64,000 nt of DNA from Octopus vulgaris (GCA_951406725.2 OX597836.1:47430001-47494000); one strand, 5' to 3'; shown: positions 11,974 through 25,979, counted from the first letter of the stretch. Notes: generated from the letters alone by a model not told the origin. A program made the numbers and translations.

Positions 11974-12382
11974 TCTATATATAAAGCTGAAATTGTCTGT
12001 GTGTGTGTGTGGCAGGTTTGGTAGCCTTCAACTAACACTATCTCCTCCGAGACCCTGCGGCACAAGTTGACCAAAACTGAGAGCATGATAGAAGGCTTGC
12101 TCTCTATTCTGTAGAAGACAAAATTCAAATTGGACCATGTTAACACCAAAAATTATTTACATCAAAAAGGTGCTTTTTTTTTATGAAAATCCCTATTTTT
12201 TACGATTTTTTTTACTGCTGTGTTGCCATTTTACAGTGTATTTCAACCAGAAAAATGTTCACTTAAAGAGAATAACAAGCTACATAATGCAAAATTTTTA
12301 CTTTTCAAAAATTCCAATTCTAAAGGGTCGTTCTAAGTGCAAATAAAAAACAAACCCGAGCAACGCCAGCCTATACTGCTAG
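11974..12382 (+). mobile_element. Non-autonomous Helitron-like element
   Basis: A|TCtatatataaa 5' end; subterminal cccgagcaacgcc; CTAG|T 3' end. Confidence 0.75.
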
Positions 12383-12599
12383 TTTTAAATATAAGAAAGA
12401 ATTTAGTAAAATAACTTAGTTATCATTAAGCTAGTGTTAGGAACATAAATTGTAACTAAGGTTTGGTGGAAGATTTTAATTCAGAACTTTTGAAAACAAG
12501 ACATTTGTACTACAGAGCCAGAGGCAGTTTCAGTGGGGTTGGTATCAAAAGGATTAAACAATAAATTCATTGCTGACTCACACTTTGCTAACATGATGG

Positions 12600-12925
12600 C
12601 ATGTACAGCTCTCACAAGCCATTCATCTACTAGTTTCTTCAGTGATCACCAAATCACAGTGGAGAACCCTGTCAAAGACCTTCTCTAGGTCAACAAATGC
12701 CAGGTTTACTGGCTTACTCTTGACCCAGTACTTTCCCGCAGTTGTATAACAAAGAAGATGGCATCAACACTGCTTTTCTGTGGCACAAAACCAAACAGCA
12801 TTTCATCCAGGTTAATTCTTACCTTAATCAATTGAGCTATAGACTCTTTCTGAAACTTTCATAATCTGATCCAACAATTTAATGCATATGTAACCACCTC
12901 TTCCTAATGCAACTCCTTTACAGTT
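12600..12925 (-). pseudogene. RTE-type LINE reverse transcriptase fragment
   Basis: Minus strand reads DEMLFGFVPQKSSVDAIFFVIQLREKY...LAFVDLEKVFDRVL. Confidence 0.75.
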
Positions 12926-13869
12926 GACATACATGCACACCTGGATGAATCAGTACACACACACACACACACACACACGTGTTCATATTATCATCATTAT
13001 TTTACATCCATTTTTCTATCCTGTCATTAATTCATTTACATTTGCACTAACAAGTGACGTAACTTCTTGTCAACAAATCATCTGCTTGCTTCATGGCTTC
13101 AATGATGTGCAAAATAAGAGATCTGTTACTGGAAAAATAGACTACGGCCAGCAACAAGAAGGGCATCTGGGCGTAAACCAATGCCTCAATGATATAACCA
13201 TCTAAGCTATGCTAGCATGGAGAAATGGGCATAAAAGGAATAATATACACATGCACATTGCTTCTCCAAAGAGAAGAAAAAGTTTTAACCTTTTTAACTG
13301 AGGAGGTTTAATTTGGAGAGGTAGACTTAATCTGTCACTAAGCTTAATACCCAGCACTACCACCAGGTTATTCAATATATATAAGTATACAGTCTGATGA
13401 GAACAATTGATATCTTCGTATATAGTTTCATCCAGAAGTAAACAAAAAGTTGTGGTTTCTTCTCTTTCTCTTCACTAGTATTGATACACACACACACACA
13501 CACACACGCATAGATCGATAGATGGATGGATGGACAGACAGACAGACAGATATAGCTAAATAAACATATAAGGCGTAGGCATACATTTGTGGAATGTAAC
13601 ACATCTTAATTCAACTAACTTTAATCTTCACAATAGTACTTGACCAATAATCAACATTAAGCTTGTAAATTCAGAGCTGTAACATTAGACGACATTGTGA
13701 ACGAGAGAAGTGAATTCCTCCTCTGACCAAGACATTCAAAAACTGAAGTGAGTTGTTGGATGGAGCCAGAAATATGAGCAAAGAAAGGAATATCTGGAGA
13801 AACGTACAAGTAAATCCAAAATTTTAGAATTTGACATCATGATAATAACAACAACAATAAAGAGACAGA

Positions 13870-14098
13870 TTTAACCCTTCATTGTTCAGATTATTCTGTC
13901 AAATGTGATGTTTGTTTATTTATATTGTTTTGAATTAATCCTACATTATCTTGTAGTTTAGAGATTTCAGTGATGTGATTTTTTAGTTTTAGAATGACAT
14001 GGTAGGGCTGAGGTGAGAGACGAGATCTGGTCAGTTTCAATATAAAACAGTTAAATATTTTGGCCGGATATGGCCGGTTTGAATGCTAAAGGGTTAAA
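13870..14098. mobile_element. TTAA-flanked MITE (family D)
   Basis: ttaaccctt...aatgctaaagggttaa termini. Confidence 0.75.
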
Positions 14099-15384
14099 AA
14101 TTAAAATAATATAGTTAAAAATGTCTTTAAAATACCTCAGAAGATTGTGCATGTATCTGAAACTCTTTGATAACTTCATACAAGCAGTGAGAGATTAAGG
14201 CCAACTCAGGTTATGAATGAAAAGTGAAGCAAACTGACTGAATCCACTTTGTGTGATTTTACAATTAACGAAGAGAAGTCGATTCATTTTTATTGGATGA
14301 TGATCTCATAACAAAACAAGACACGTAAAGACCAAAAACAAACAAAACACCCAACTCTATCAATGCCTAGCTCTTCAGAAAGGGGAAAATATATATATAT
14401 ATATAACTTAAAATAGTAAACAAATTGGATGTATCTGATTATATAAGATTTTTTTTAAAACAGAAAGAAAACAACACCACCCTCAAATGTTTACTAGATA
14501 TACAGCTGGTGACAGAAGTGTCAATTAGTATCTGAAATAACTTGTCATCCACTTCACAGATGATTTTAATTCTAATTCCATCTATAAAAATATATATATA
14601 TATATCCAAGCAACAGACAGATTAAACAAACTGCTTATAACAGATAACAGTAAAAAAAAAGGAAGCAAAACAGAAACACCATAAAAAGAGTAATGAGCTA
14701 ACATCAAACACTTGTTTGTTTTCAGTGAAGCTAGATATTGGTTGATTATTATGTAATCAACAAACCAGAGAGTTTGACAGGCATTATGGGTTATCTATAC
14801 ATCATCATCATCATAATCATCATTTAGCGTCCTCTTTCTATGCTGGCATGGGTTGGACATGGAGCTGTCCAGACTCCAGCTGTCTGTTGTGGCATGGTTG
14901 GATGCCCTTCCTAATGTCTTAACAGCAGGTGCTGGGTGCCTTTTACATGCCACCAGCATGGGTACGTTTATGCAACACTGGTACAGCACCTGAAAAGACT
15001 GTATGTGTGGAAGACAGCAATTTTACCTGGCTTCACATGTCATATCAAGTACAACAAATCACCACATCCCCTGATCCAGCAAGTCTATCACCACAAACCG
15101 CATTAGGACCCAATGCAGAGCCTTCCAAACTTTTACATATTATCCCCTATCATTTATCTATTATTTGTTTTAGTCTTTGGGCTGTGACCATGCTGGGGCA
15201 CTGTCTTGAAAGGTTTAGTCAAACAAATTGGATCCATTATTTACATTATTTACATTTGACGGATATTTGTCCTCATCTTGTTTGTTGTTAACACGTTTCG
15301 GCTGATATACCCTCCAGCCTTTATCAGATGTCCTGAGGAAATTTTGAACCTGGGGTTTGATTCCTAAGGTATTTTTCAATGTTG

Positions 15385-15416
<32 letters not shown>

Positions 15417-15432
15417 TTGTGTTCTGTTTTTG

Positions 15433-15471
<39 letters not shown>

Positions 15472-15779
15472 TTGTACAAATGTGTTTATCATCTGAATAT
15501 ATTTAGTTATATGTATCTATTTATATGCATGTGAGTGTGTGTGTGTGTGTGTATCTGTGTACAGGTATAATTTTATATACATAAAGCTTAATTGTATTTA
15601 TCTGCATCACTATCTCCATATCAGCTCACCTGAGTTTCTCTCAAAGCCACTCTTTACCCTATGGACCTAATCTTTGATAAAGATTTCGGAGTTTAAGTTC
15701 AAATCTTTTGAGCACTAGTACAGGTCCCCCCCCCATTTAAACGTAGGAAATTCATATAAGTTCAAGAACAGATTTCATT

Positions 15780-16010
15780 ACATCTTCATACCTGAAGTAT
15801 CATACCTGAAGTGTTCATGATCAATAATTCTATGAACAGGGAGGATTTCCAGAAATCTGGGATCACTTTTTAAAGTGCAACTAATGCTGTGTACTCCCTA
15901 ACCATTGCAGGGACACCATCTGCTGCAACACTGATAAGTTTTGTTCAGTGAAACACCAGGATCTGTTAAGGGTCCGTTAAGGCATTATGAGAAAGCCACG
16001 AGTTGCTTTT
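15780..16010 (-). pseudogene. Possible hAT (Charlie/SPIN-like) transposase fragment
   Basis: Minus strand reads KLISVAADGVPAMV, resembling the hAT SVxTDGAPAM motif; short and decayed. Confidence 0.45.
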
Positions 16011-16077
16011 CCCAATTCCACTAAATCCAACATCATTTCTTAAACAATTAACTCACAAAAAACACAAACAAACAAAC

Positions 16078-16408
16078 ACTGGCATCTTGGGCAAGTGTCT
16101 TCTTCTATAGCCCCGGGCCGACCAATGCCTTGTGAGTGGGATTTGGTAGACGGAAACTGAAAGAAGCCTGTCGTATATGTATATATATATAAGTGTGTGT
16201 GTATATGTTTGTCCCCCTAGCATTGCTTGACAACCGATGCTGGTGTGTTTACGTCCCCGTCACTTAGCGGTTTGGCAAAAGAGACCGATATAATAAGTAC
16301 TGGGCTTACAAAGAATAAGTCCCAGGGGTCGAGTTGCTCGATTAATGGTGGTGCTCCAGCATGGCCGCAGTCAAATGACTGAAACAAGTAAAAGAGTAAA
16401 AGAGAGTA
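16078..16408 (+). mobile_element. 5'-truncated SINE (family A)
   Basis: Matches family A body and tail. Confidence 0.8.
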
Positions 16409-16791
16409 CCAGTTGTAGGTTCTCTTGTATGTCAGTCGATTAATCAACTGCTAAACTGAATGCAAGGGATTATTCTAAATCCTTCTGCATTCTACTTGCA
16501 GCATCAGCACTAATCTAAGAATATGCCTCTCTGCAGTGTGGCATGGAACCGGTGGCTTGAGCTTATTAGTGGCTGAAGTTTGGTGTTCCTTGGATCTAAT
16601 ACTGCAACAACTGCAGTTATATTCATTCAGAATATGAGCATTCAGCACAAACAGTATTCCACAATATAACCAAACTGGCTTCATTGATATCGGATTCCTT
16701 ACTGAACATTGTCAATCATGTTTGCTAGCTATTTAGAGATGGTTTTAACACTGTTAATTCATTTTCCCTTAATTCTGATTTAGGAGGATAA

Positions 16792-17206
16792 TTGGATCTT
16801 TTTGGTTTGAACGGCAGTTTTTAACATAATTTCTAGGTAACTAAAAAATTTTAAACTTTGTATACTTGTAGAATGTGTTTATAAAACATCTTTTTCTCTT
16901 GGCTTTATTGAGAAAATTCTATGGTTTGTAAGATATTTGTTGTTTTTTTCTTCAATTTCTGCAATTTCAACCAATCAATGACGTCCATTGAGGTAAAAAA
17001 CATTCTGTGTCGTATGAACATGTCCCTCGTTTAAGAAACAGATTGGGTTTATTTACATTTGTGAAGAAAAAAAAGATACCCTTCTCCCCACCCCTAACCC
17101 TAAAATAGATTGAAATGCAATAGATCGATACTAGGGTCATAATTATGGGTGACAATTTCATATGACACTGCTAGAAAAAACTGCCGTTCAAACCGAAAAG
17201 ATCCAA
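16792..17206. mobile_element. MITE with ~30-bp terminal inverted repeats
   Basis: ttggatctttttggtttgaacggcagtttttt / aaaaaactgccgttcaaaccgaaaagatccaa; ATAA on both outer sides. Confidence 0.75.
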
Positions 17207-17497
17207 ATAATCATGTGAAAAGTTTCCATGATTTGCTTCACAGTGGTGTTTCAAGTTGTTGGCTTTGTAATGACTCAAGTGAAATCTTTTATTGATGAAT
17301 GCAAAATCTTCCCCCACTCTGGCTAAATGTCTCTATTTTCATCTTCATATCTTATCTTCACGTCTTACAAGCTGATGATGCCATCTTCCTTTGCAACTGT
17401 TTTACAGACACTTATAAACAAAACTTGTATCCAAAGTCTACAAACAAGGTATGAATGGTTGAATAGCTAAGTATTAAACTCCATTCATATACATAAG

Positions 17498-17731
17498 AGG
17501 CGGAGAGCTGGCAGAGTGGTTAGCACGCCGGGCAAAATGCATAGCCGTATTTTGTCTGCCGTTACGTTCTGAGTTCAAATTCCGCCGAGGTCGACTTTGC
17601 CTTTCATCCTTTCGGGGATCAATAAATTAAGTACCAGTTACACACTGGGGTCGATGCAATCGACTTAATCCATTTGCCTGTCCTTGTTTGTCCCCTCTAT
17701 GTTTAGCCCCTTGTGGGTAGTAAAGAAATAT
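17498..17731 (+). mobile_element. tRNA-derived SINE (family B), full length with target-site duplication
   Basis: ggcggagagctggcaga...gagttcaaattcc head; atatacataagag flanks both ends. Confidence 0.85.
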
Positions 17732-19082
17732 ATACATAAGAGTGTGGTTTGGGCTATCCGTGACCAGTCTCATCCCCTCTCCGTGCACATGAATGTTTAA
17801 CCCACTTACCCCTCACATCAGCCTCCTGATATTCTTCTGTAACCCTTGCCAACCTTAAATCTCCCTAATCCCTCTGTTTCCTACCGTTCCAACCTTCAAC
17901 ACTGAAGATCTAGCGTTATCATTTTAGAATTGTTTCTGTTATTCGTTGCTGATGGTGAAGGATCCGTCATCAAGTAAAACAATATAAATTATTGAGTTAA
18001 TAGTTATATCAATATTATTCTAAGCAGATAATGGATGATGCGCTGATGGCCATTATGAAAAGTGAAATGTGACAGACAAGTAGGAAAAGATAAAATAAAT
18101 GTTCCTATTTGTTGCCACTTTCAAGTGCATGTGATACGCTGTAGCATGTTCTGAAAGAGAGAGAAATGAAAATAACAAATCCATATACAGTTATTTATTT
18201 ATTTTTTATTTTTTTTACTTGTTTCAGTCATTTTGACTGTGGCCATGCTGGAGCACCGCCTTTAATCGATCAACTCGACCCCCGGGACTTATTCTTTGTA
18301 AGCCCAGTACTTATTCTATTGGTCTCTTTTGCCAAACCGCTAAGTGACGGGGTTTGCCGAACCGCTAAGTTATACGTATCTATATGGTTAAAACTTGAAA
18401 GGGAAATACGTTGAGAAAGAGAGTACAAAACTAAAATAGAAGGGGTGGAAATTAATTAAAAATATTCATTACAGTTTTATATTAGGAGTTATTTGAAACA
18501 GTTGGGGAATGCCAAAGCCCTAGAGGCAATATCGGAGACAGCAAAGAGATGTTGCAGCTGGATCTAGTCAAGGAGGAAGAAAACAATATCCATACCACAT
18601 GAAGGCAATATTTTCATATTTTAACACTAAGGAAAGTAACTCTGATGGAGTTGTCGTGACAGTATTAATGTTTCACCGTTACCATGACAACAAATATTAT
18701 TTCTTCTTCAAGTATGAGCTTCAAAGCTGAGTCAACGGAAAGGAGTTACAACCAGACGAAGTCCCCAAGCGACTTAAATGTACAAGTCTCAACTGATAAG
18801 TTGCAATTTGGCCACCCCTGTGATTTCAAATTTTGGCACATGGTCAGCAATTTCAGGGGAGGTAGTGAGTCAATTACATCGACCCCCAGTACTCAACTGG
18901 TACTTATTTTATCAGTCTTGAAAGGATGAAAGGGAAAAGTGAACCTCAGTAGAATTTGAACTCAGAACATGGAGAAAGGATTTCTGCAGTAGATTGACCT
19001 CATAAAGCCAACAGACATTTATTTGGAAATTTGTGTATGTGTGTGTTTTAGAGAGAGAGAGAGAGAGAGATGAGAAACCTAC

Positions 19083-19146
19083 CTGGCTGGTAAAGTCCCA
19101 CTACCATGATGGGAGTTGTCTTCTGTAGGATTTTCTTCCATAGAAT
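19083..19146 (-). CDS. TMCC: TMCC-family internal exon ((D)SMEENPTEDNSHHGSGTLPA(S))
   Basis: Acceptor gttattttag|AT, donor CAG|gtaggt; 64 bp, phase 1/2, which bridges exons 40666-40745 and 8190-8466 exactly; DSMEE parallels the DSLEE that follows GSADNI in TMCCs. Not in the ORF track. Confidence 0.85.
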
Positions 19147-19599
19147 CTAAAATAACGGGAAAGAAAAGAAAAACAGGCAAATGAATTAAGCTATAAAAAT
19201 AATAACAACAACAATTGTTTCTGAATCAGGTACAACATTGACAATTTTGGTGCATGTGCAAGGTGGGGGTGGTCAATACCATTGATTCTAGTACTTGACT
19301 GCTACTTTATTTTTTTTATCCTGGAAGGAAATAATAATAATAATAATAATAATAGTTTCAAATTTTGATGCAAGACCAGCAAGTTTGGGAGAGCAGGGGT
19401 AAGTTGATTATATTGACCCCAGTACTCAACTGGTATTTATTTTACCAATCCCAAAAGTATGAAAGGCAAATTGAATCTCAGCGGAATTTGAACTCAGAAT
19501 GTAAAGAGTCACAAGAAATGTCACTGAGCACTGTCCAACACACAAACGATTCTGCTAGGTTGATGCCTTCTGGATATTATAATAATAATAATGATAATA

Positions 19600-21990
19600 A
19601 GGAACACCGGGGGACGTTTAACATGTGAGAGCGATAAAACAGTGCTCCGAAATCTATCCACAAGCATCAGAAATAAAGACATCGCATGGAGCCAAAAAAT
19701 AGCTGACAAAGGATTGGACTATATCCGAGAAAGTAATACACATTGAAATTTATTTCTATTTTCCAAATGAAATTATGTATTTTAACTCAATATCATCTCC
19801 ACCTCTCGCAAAGCACATGTAAACATGCTTGATACATTATGATCCATCAACACCATACCATCTCCAGCCCCAAACACCATGTACAAAAAAATTACAAATA
19901 AATTAAATAATACCGGTATTATTCAACCCAAGAATAACAATCGGGAAGTGCGTACTTTAAACTTGCTACACAAAAAGTATGAAAAACTACACATGCAGAA
20001 CAATGTGACAACAGAAATGAACGGACTGGTATCCTACGAAAATGATGACCGTCAAAACAAAGGGCCGGACGTTGTTCCTCATGTCCCGCAAATAATACCA
20101 AAAAGGCATAAATGGACACGCGAGGAATATATTTCAATCCTACACGCTTACTTTACAGCAGTGCTCTACCCAAAGAATGAAAACACAACAACATATACAT
20201 ATAAAATATGGAAGAAAAATAACCTAAATAAAGACTTGGATACAGCAATGAACCCTAATAAACTAGCTAACATACGAAGATATATTCTCAACGCAAAAAA
20301 AAATATCAGAAATAGAACATTTAAAAGAAAAAATACATCAGGAAAATGTAGATAGAAGCCACACAACAATGCCAAATAATATAAACACTGAGATAGTAAA
20401 ACATGAAGACAAACGTAACATTTCCAACAAAAACGAAATAAACAAAAAACAACAAACCCAGACCGTAGGGATGCATAATAATGTATGAAAAGCAGCAAAC
20501 CAAAACACGACGGACAAACATATGAATGAGAAAGAAAGCGACACAAATCTAAAACCTGGAAACAACGAAGGGGAGCCTAATGATTATTATACTATAAAAA
20601 GTAGAATAATCAAAGAACTGAATACCACAGATCTCAGAATAGACCACCGACCATACCTCCCAAAAATCAAAATAGACAAAAAAACAACATCAATAATAAA
20701 TAGCAGAAACCTAGCCATCACAGAACTAATAGCCACTGAAACAAATAGCAATATCACTGAACTAAATGACTTAGTATATGCAGCAGCCACTGCAGACACA
20801 AAAGAAGCTGGATACTCCCTCAAACCCATCCAAACAGGAGTACCACCACCCAAACAAACCCTGTGGATAAATAACATCCCCCCCCCCCAAAAAAAAAATT
20901 ACAAAATATGAGAAAAGATCTGTCGATTCTTAACGAAATCAGTAGACAATCAACACTAATAAGCAACAAAAAGAAAACAAAAGAACTAGCCAAACTAAAC
21001 AGGGAAACAAGTAAAATAATGATGGAATATAGAATAGACCCCCCAAAATTTGATGTAGAAAGGTTATATACACAATAAATTGAAGGTGGTAGAGGCCTTA
21101 TACAACTAGAAAACTAGCATAAAGTAACCACATCGGAATACAGAAACATCTTATTCAGATCCAAGGAAAACTGGAATAAAAACCCACAAAGCATGAGTAA
21201 AACAAACTGTTTTTCTGTCTTCGAGAAAGCAGAAAAGTACAAGGAGGAAGAAACATCAAAAGCTGTAAAGCAACAAAAAATCTAAACTAAAACAGGAACT
21301 ACAAAATACCAGGAAAATACTATGGCAAGAAAAGCCTTTGCATGGGTAAATACAGAGATAAGCTAAACAAAAAGAGAAATAGACAATGCAAAATACAAAG
21401 ACTGGTTGAGAAGTTTGGATCCCAAAGCAGAGATTGAAGGGATTTTCACTGTGGCAGAAGATCAAAGACTATCCACTAGAAACTTCCAAAAACACACAAT
21501 GAAGAAAAATACAAGTAACTGCAGAATATGTGGTGATGAGGAAGAAACAAGAAAATTATATTGTATCTGGTTGCCCAGTCCTGGCCAAGAAGGAATACAT
21601 TCACAAACATGAAAGATTGGAACTTAAATACACTGGAAGCTGTGCCAGTATTATGGAATAACATCAGGAAAAAGATCGTTATAGGCATATGCCAGAAAAG
21701 GCCTCAGAAAGGGACAAAGGAACCATACTCTGAGATATGCTAATACACACAGAGAGATCAAGGCTAATGGGCCAGATATTGTTGTCAGGGACCACCAAGA
21801 AAAACAAAATGCCTTCTAATTGACATATTACTCTGAACAGATAATAATGTATCTCTAAAACAAATGGAGAAACTCTCAAAATATAAAGATCTGGAAATAG
21901 ATCTTTCTGAAGACAGAAGTAATCCTTATAATAATAGGTGCACTAGGCATGTTTAAAAAACATAGACAAACCAAAACTCCAAAACGTTAC

Positions 21991-21995
<5 letters not shown>
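19600..21995 (+). mobile_element. Decayed, internally deleted RLE-type non-LTR retrotransposon (R4/Dong-like) in (TAA)n
   Basis: RHKWTREEY N-terminal motif, GGRGLIQLE, CRICG zinc knuckle, PDIVV...KYKDLEI endonuclease; many stops; (TAA)n on both flanks. Confidence 0.72.
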
Positions 21996-22028
<33 letters not shown>

Positions 22029-22436
22029 CTTTTCTACTATAGGCACAAGGCCTGAAATTTTGGGGGAGGGGACTAGTCAATTACATTGACCCCAGTGTTT
22101 AACAGGTACTTAGTTTATCAACTCCAAAAGGACGAAAGGCAAAGTCAATATCAGCAGATTTTAAACTCAGAACATAAAAATAGATGAAATGTTGCTAAGC
22201 TTTTCACCTTACTAATAATAATAACCCTTTCTACTACAGGAAGAAGACCTGAAACTTTGGGGAAGGGAACAAGTCAATGCATTAACCCCAGTGTTTCACT
22301 GGTACTTCATTTATCGACCCCAAAAGGATAAAAAGTAAAGTCGACCTAGGCAGAATTTGAACTCAGAACATAGTGACAGGTGAAATACCACTATGCATTT
22401 CACCCAGTACACTAACAATTCAGCCAGCTCTTCACC

Positions 22437-22469
<33 letters not shown>

Positions 22470-22622
22470 GTTTAAAATTTTGCCACAATGTTTAACTGAT
22501 ATTTATTTTATCAGCCCCGAAAGGATGAAGTGCAAAGTCGACTTCAGAGGAAAAATTTGAACTCAGAACATAAAGATGGACAAAAAAAATTGCTTCTGGG
22601 CATTTTAATAATAATAATGCTG

Positions 22623-22677
<55 letters not shown>

Positions 22678-22680
22678 CAA
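22029..22680 (-). mobile_element. Cluster of family B SINE copies separated by (TAA)n
   Basis: Copies at ~22029, ~22224 and a partial one at ~22470, all in the same orientation. Confidence 0.75.
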
Positions 22681-23689
22681 CAACAACAACACCAACAGTG
22701 ACAACAATACTAATAGAAAAAAGTTTAAAAAATTCCCAAAAAGATTTTTTTCCACAAATATTTGTTCTACAAAGAAATATTCAAGCATACATACATACAT
22801 AAATTTATATAGCTATAGATAAGAAAACATTTAGCAGACTTTGTTGTGGTGCACAGAATGCTCTAGAAACTATGACATAACACTAGAAACTCACCTGAAT
22901 AAAACAGAATAAAACCTGCACTGAGCATTTACAAAATGTAGAATTTAACAGATGCAAAATATTATTTGTAAAGCATAAATTTAAAAAACAAAAACAAATA
23001 AAATAGAGATAATGAAATAAAAATATATATTAGCAAGAGAGGCAGTATTAATAACGAGAGGTAATATTTATCCCCACATCAACATGGGTGTTCTGTTAGA
23101 ACAGACTATACTGTGGTAAAAACCACGAGAGAAACTCTCATATTGGCAAAATACATTCTCGTTTATATCACTAGCAAGGAGATGAATCCCCACTGTATCT
23201 CTGGTACCAAGACCACCAGATGACATGATTTTGACCTTCTTTGGTCTTCTCAATGATGGACGCTTGACCACTAGGGATGCAGTGACTTATTTCCTTGCCA
23301 ATGATGCATGCAATCACAGTGCCAGAGCAGGCACTTGTGTCATGATTAGCCAGGGAGCTTGTTAAACACAATATATATTAGCAACAGAGGCAGTTATTAA
23401 TACTGACAGGTTACATTTATCCCTACTTAAATGAGGATGTTCTGTTGGAACAAACTATACTGTGTTCAAGTGGGGGATAAATATCATCTCTTGGAATATA
23501 AATATATGTAAACACCTAAAGGCCTTTAAACTTTGTAATATAAAAGAAACAAGATATTTTTTTTCTACTCATGTTATCATCTTTTTAAAATACGAAAACC
23601 CTAAATTAAACAATTGCATGGTGAAAGAGCTATTTTAGTCATTTATAAATGCTAATATATTTTGTGAAGTGCTGAAATTTTCACTGTGT

Positions 23690-24085
23690 AGGCATAGGAG
23701 TGGCCGTGTGGTAAGTAGCTTGCTTACCAACCACATGATTCCGGGTTCAGTCCCACTGCGTGGCACCTTGGGCAAGTGTCTTCTACTATAGCATCGGGCC
23801 GACCAATGCCTTGTGAGTGGATTTGGTAGACGGAAACTGAAAGAAGCCTGTTGTATATATGTATATATATGTGTGTGTGTGTGTGTTTGTCCCCTCCAAC
23901 ATTGCTTGACAACCGATGCTGGTGTGTTTAGGTCCCCGTAACTTAGCGGTTCGGCAAAAGAGACCGATAGAATAACTACTAGGCTTACAAAGAATAAGTC
24001 CTGGGGTCGATTTGCTCGACTAAAGGCGGTGCTCCAGCATGGCCACAGTCAAATGACTGAAACAAGCAAAAAAAGTAAAAGAGTA
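23690..24085 (+). mobile_element. SINE (family A), full length
   Basis: Head, body and tail match the 5271 copy. Confidence 0.88.
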
Positions 24086-25979
24086 TTACTGCAACTTGGT
24101 CCCTGACACAATTCCACTACGACTTTCTGGAACTTAGAGGTGAGTTTCAAATAACTGATGAAGCTGTGCTCAGCATCCTGATTCTGGTGTCTGTCATAGG
24201 ACTGCCGGCCATGATGGGGCATCACTTTGAAGAATTTTTAATCGAATGAATTAGCTTCAGTACTTTTTTTTGTAAGCCTGGTACTTACTCTATCAGTCTC
24301 TTTTGCTGAACTGTTAAGTTGTGGGAACACCAGTTGTCAAATGTTGGTAAAGGACAAACACACACACAGATATATCTATATACACACACACACACACATT
24401 TAAAATACATTGTCCATGCTGGCATGGGTTGGACAGTTTGACCAGAGCTGGCAAGCAGGAGAGCTGCACCAGACTCCAGTCTGATTTGGGATGGTTTCTA
24501 TGGCTGGATGCCCCTCTTCCTCATGCCAATCACTCTGAGAGTGTAACAGGTGCTTTTACATGACACTGCACAGGCACTTTTACATGGCATATATACTTTT
24601 ACATGGCATATATACATTCAGTTTCTGTCAACCAGATCTGCTCACAAGGACTTGGGCTGCTCAAGGCTATAGTAGCAGACATTTGCCGAAGGTGCCACGC
24701 AGTGGGACTGAACCCAGAACCATGTTGTCAGAAAGTAAGCTTCTTACCACACACCCATGCCTGCACTTATGGTGAAAATTCTGATAGCTCATGGAAAAAA
24801 TATTACGTGTGTATGTTTTGATAGATAGACTAGTTCTTCTGTGCATATGCGTGTATCTGTAGGAAGTTGTGTGTGCATAGAAGTGTGTAAGTGTAGCTAT
24901 GGTTGAGGAAGGAAACAACGACAAAAAAAATTATTTTAAAAACTGAAATTCAAATTAAAATGTAATTCAAACTGAAATGAAATTACAATCCACGCTCTCA
25001 CTTTTTTTGCTATTTTAGCTTGTTTTAATTGGATTGGAATTAAAATTTCAATTTAAGAAAAAAAGAAGGTAACCTATTTACTGAACAGGAATGATGGATT
25101 TACAAATTAAAATCTGCATCAAAATTTTATTGAAAATTAGAAGTGGATTAGATTACTCAAAGCTAACAATAAGTGGTTTTTGAAGTTAAGTTCATAAAAA
25201 AGCTCTCAGCATATTTCCAAGCTGTTATCACTCCTTCACAATGCACCAGCCCCCTTGCCATTAAGGTAGACACTGAAGACCATCGTGCGTTCCAGTCTAT
25301 CATTTGTCCCAAAAAGTTGAGCAGAGGGTTACTGAAATGCTGCACACATCTGCTCAGGCCCAAGTAACAGGGAGCAATTTCGGTCTACCTATGACCAAAT
25401 TGTGGCTCTGTTTCCACACTGCACCTCCTCCACTGAGGCATATCAAACAGCTTTCATTCCCTTGTGTCTTACAGCGTGTGTCTCAGCTTTGACAATGTCA
25501 CCTTTATGCTTACCATTGAAGAATTGGTCAAGGGCCAATCTCACTGCAAGCACATGCCTTTCTTAAGTGCCTCTTCTAAGTTTTTAACTAAGTTTCTCTC
25601 TATTCTATTTCTTTATATTGCTAATGCCTTGCTAAACCTAATTGATTCTACTCTAATTAACCATTCTAAGGCAAAATGCCATTTGTTGTTGATGACTGAA
25701 CCTGTCAACGTCCGCTTGACTAATTCATTAATCCAGTTTGTATAAGCCTGGCACCCAAGAGTGATGTGTTCAGCTTCCAGTAATAGGGTCTCTGCCTGCA
25801 TAGCCTAGCTAGGTCAACTGTAGAGATCACAATTTTGTGGTCAGTGTGGCCAACAATTTTATAAAGTGAACAACTTATGCTATCTTTATTTACTGGCCAA
25901 CAGTAAATCTTATGTAGCTACAACCCAGATGACCCAATGTAGTTCATCCATGTCCACATTGGCACAATTGGAAAATCCA

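Noticed and set aside
22492-22802. Poly-Leu and poly-Ile ORFs resembling transmembrane segments
   Set aside because: Encoded by the (TAA)n microsatellite.
25150-25960. Possible retroelement coding remnant
   Set aside because: No diagnostic motif that I could identify with confidence.
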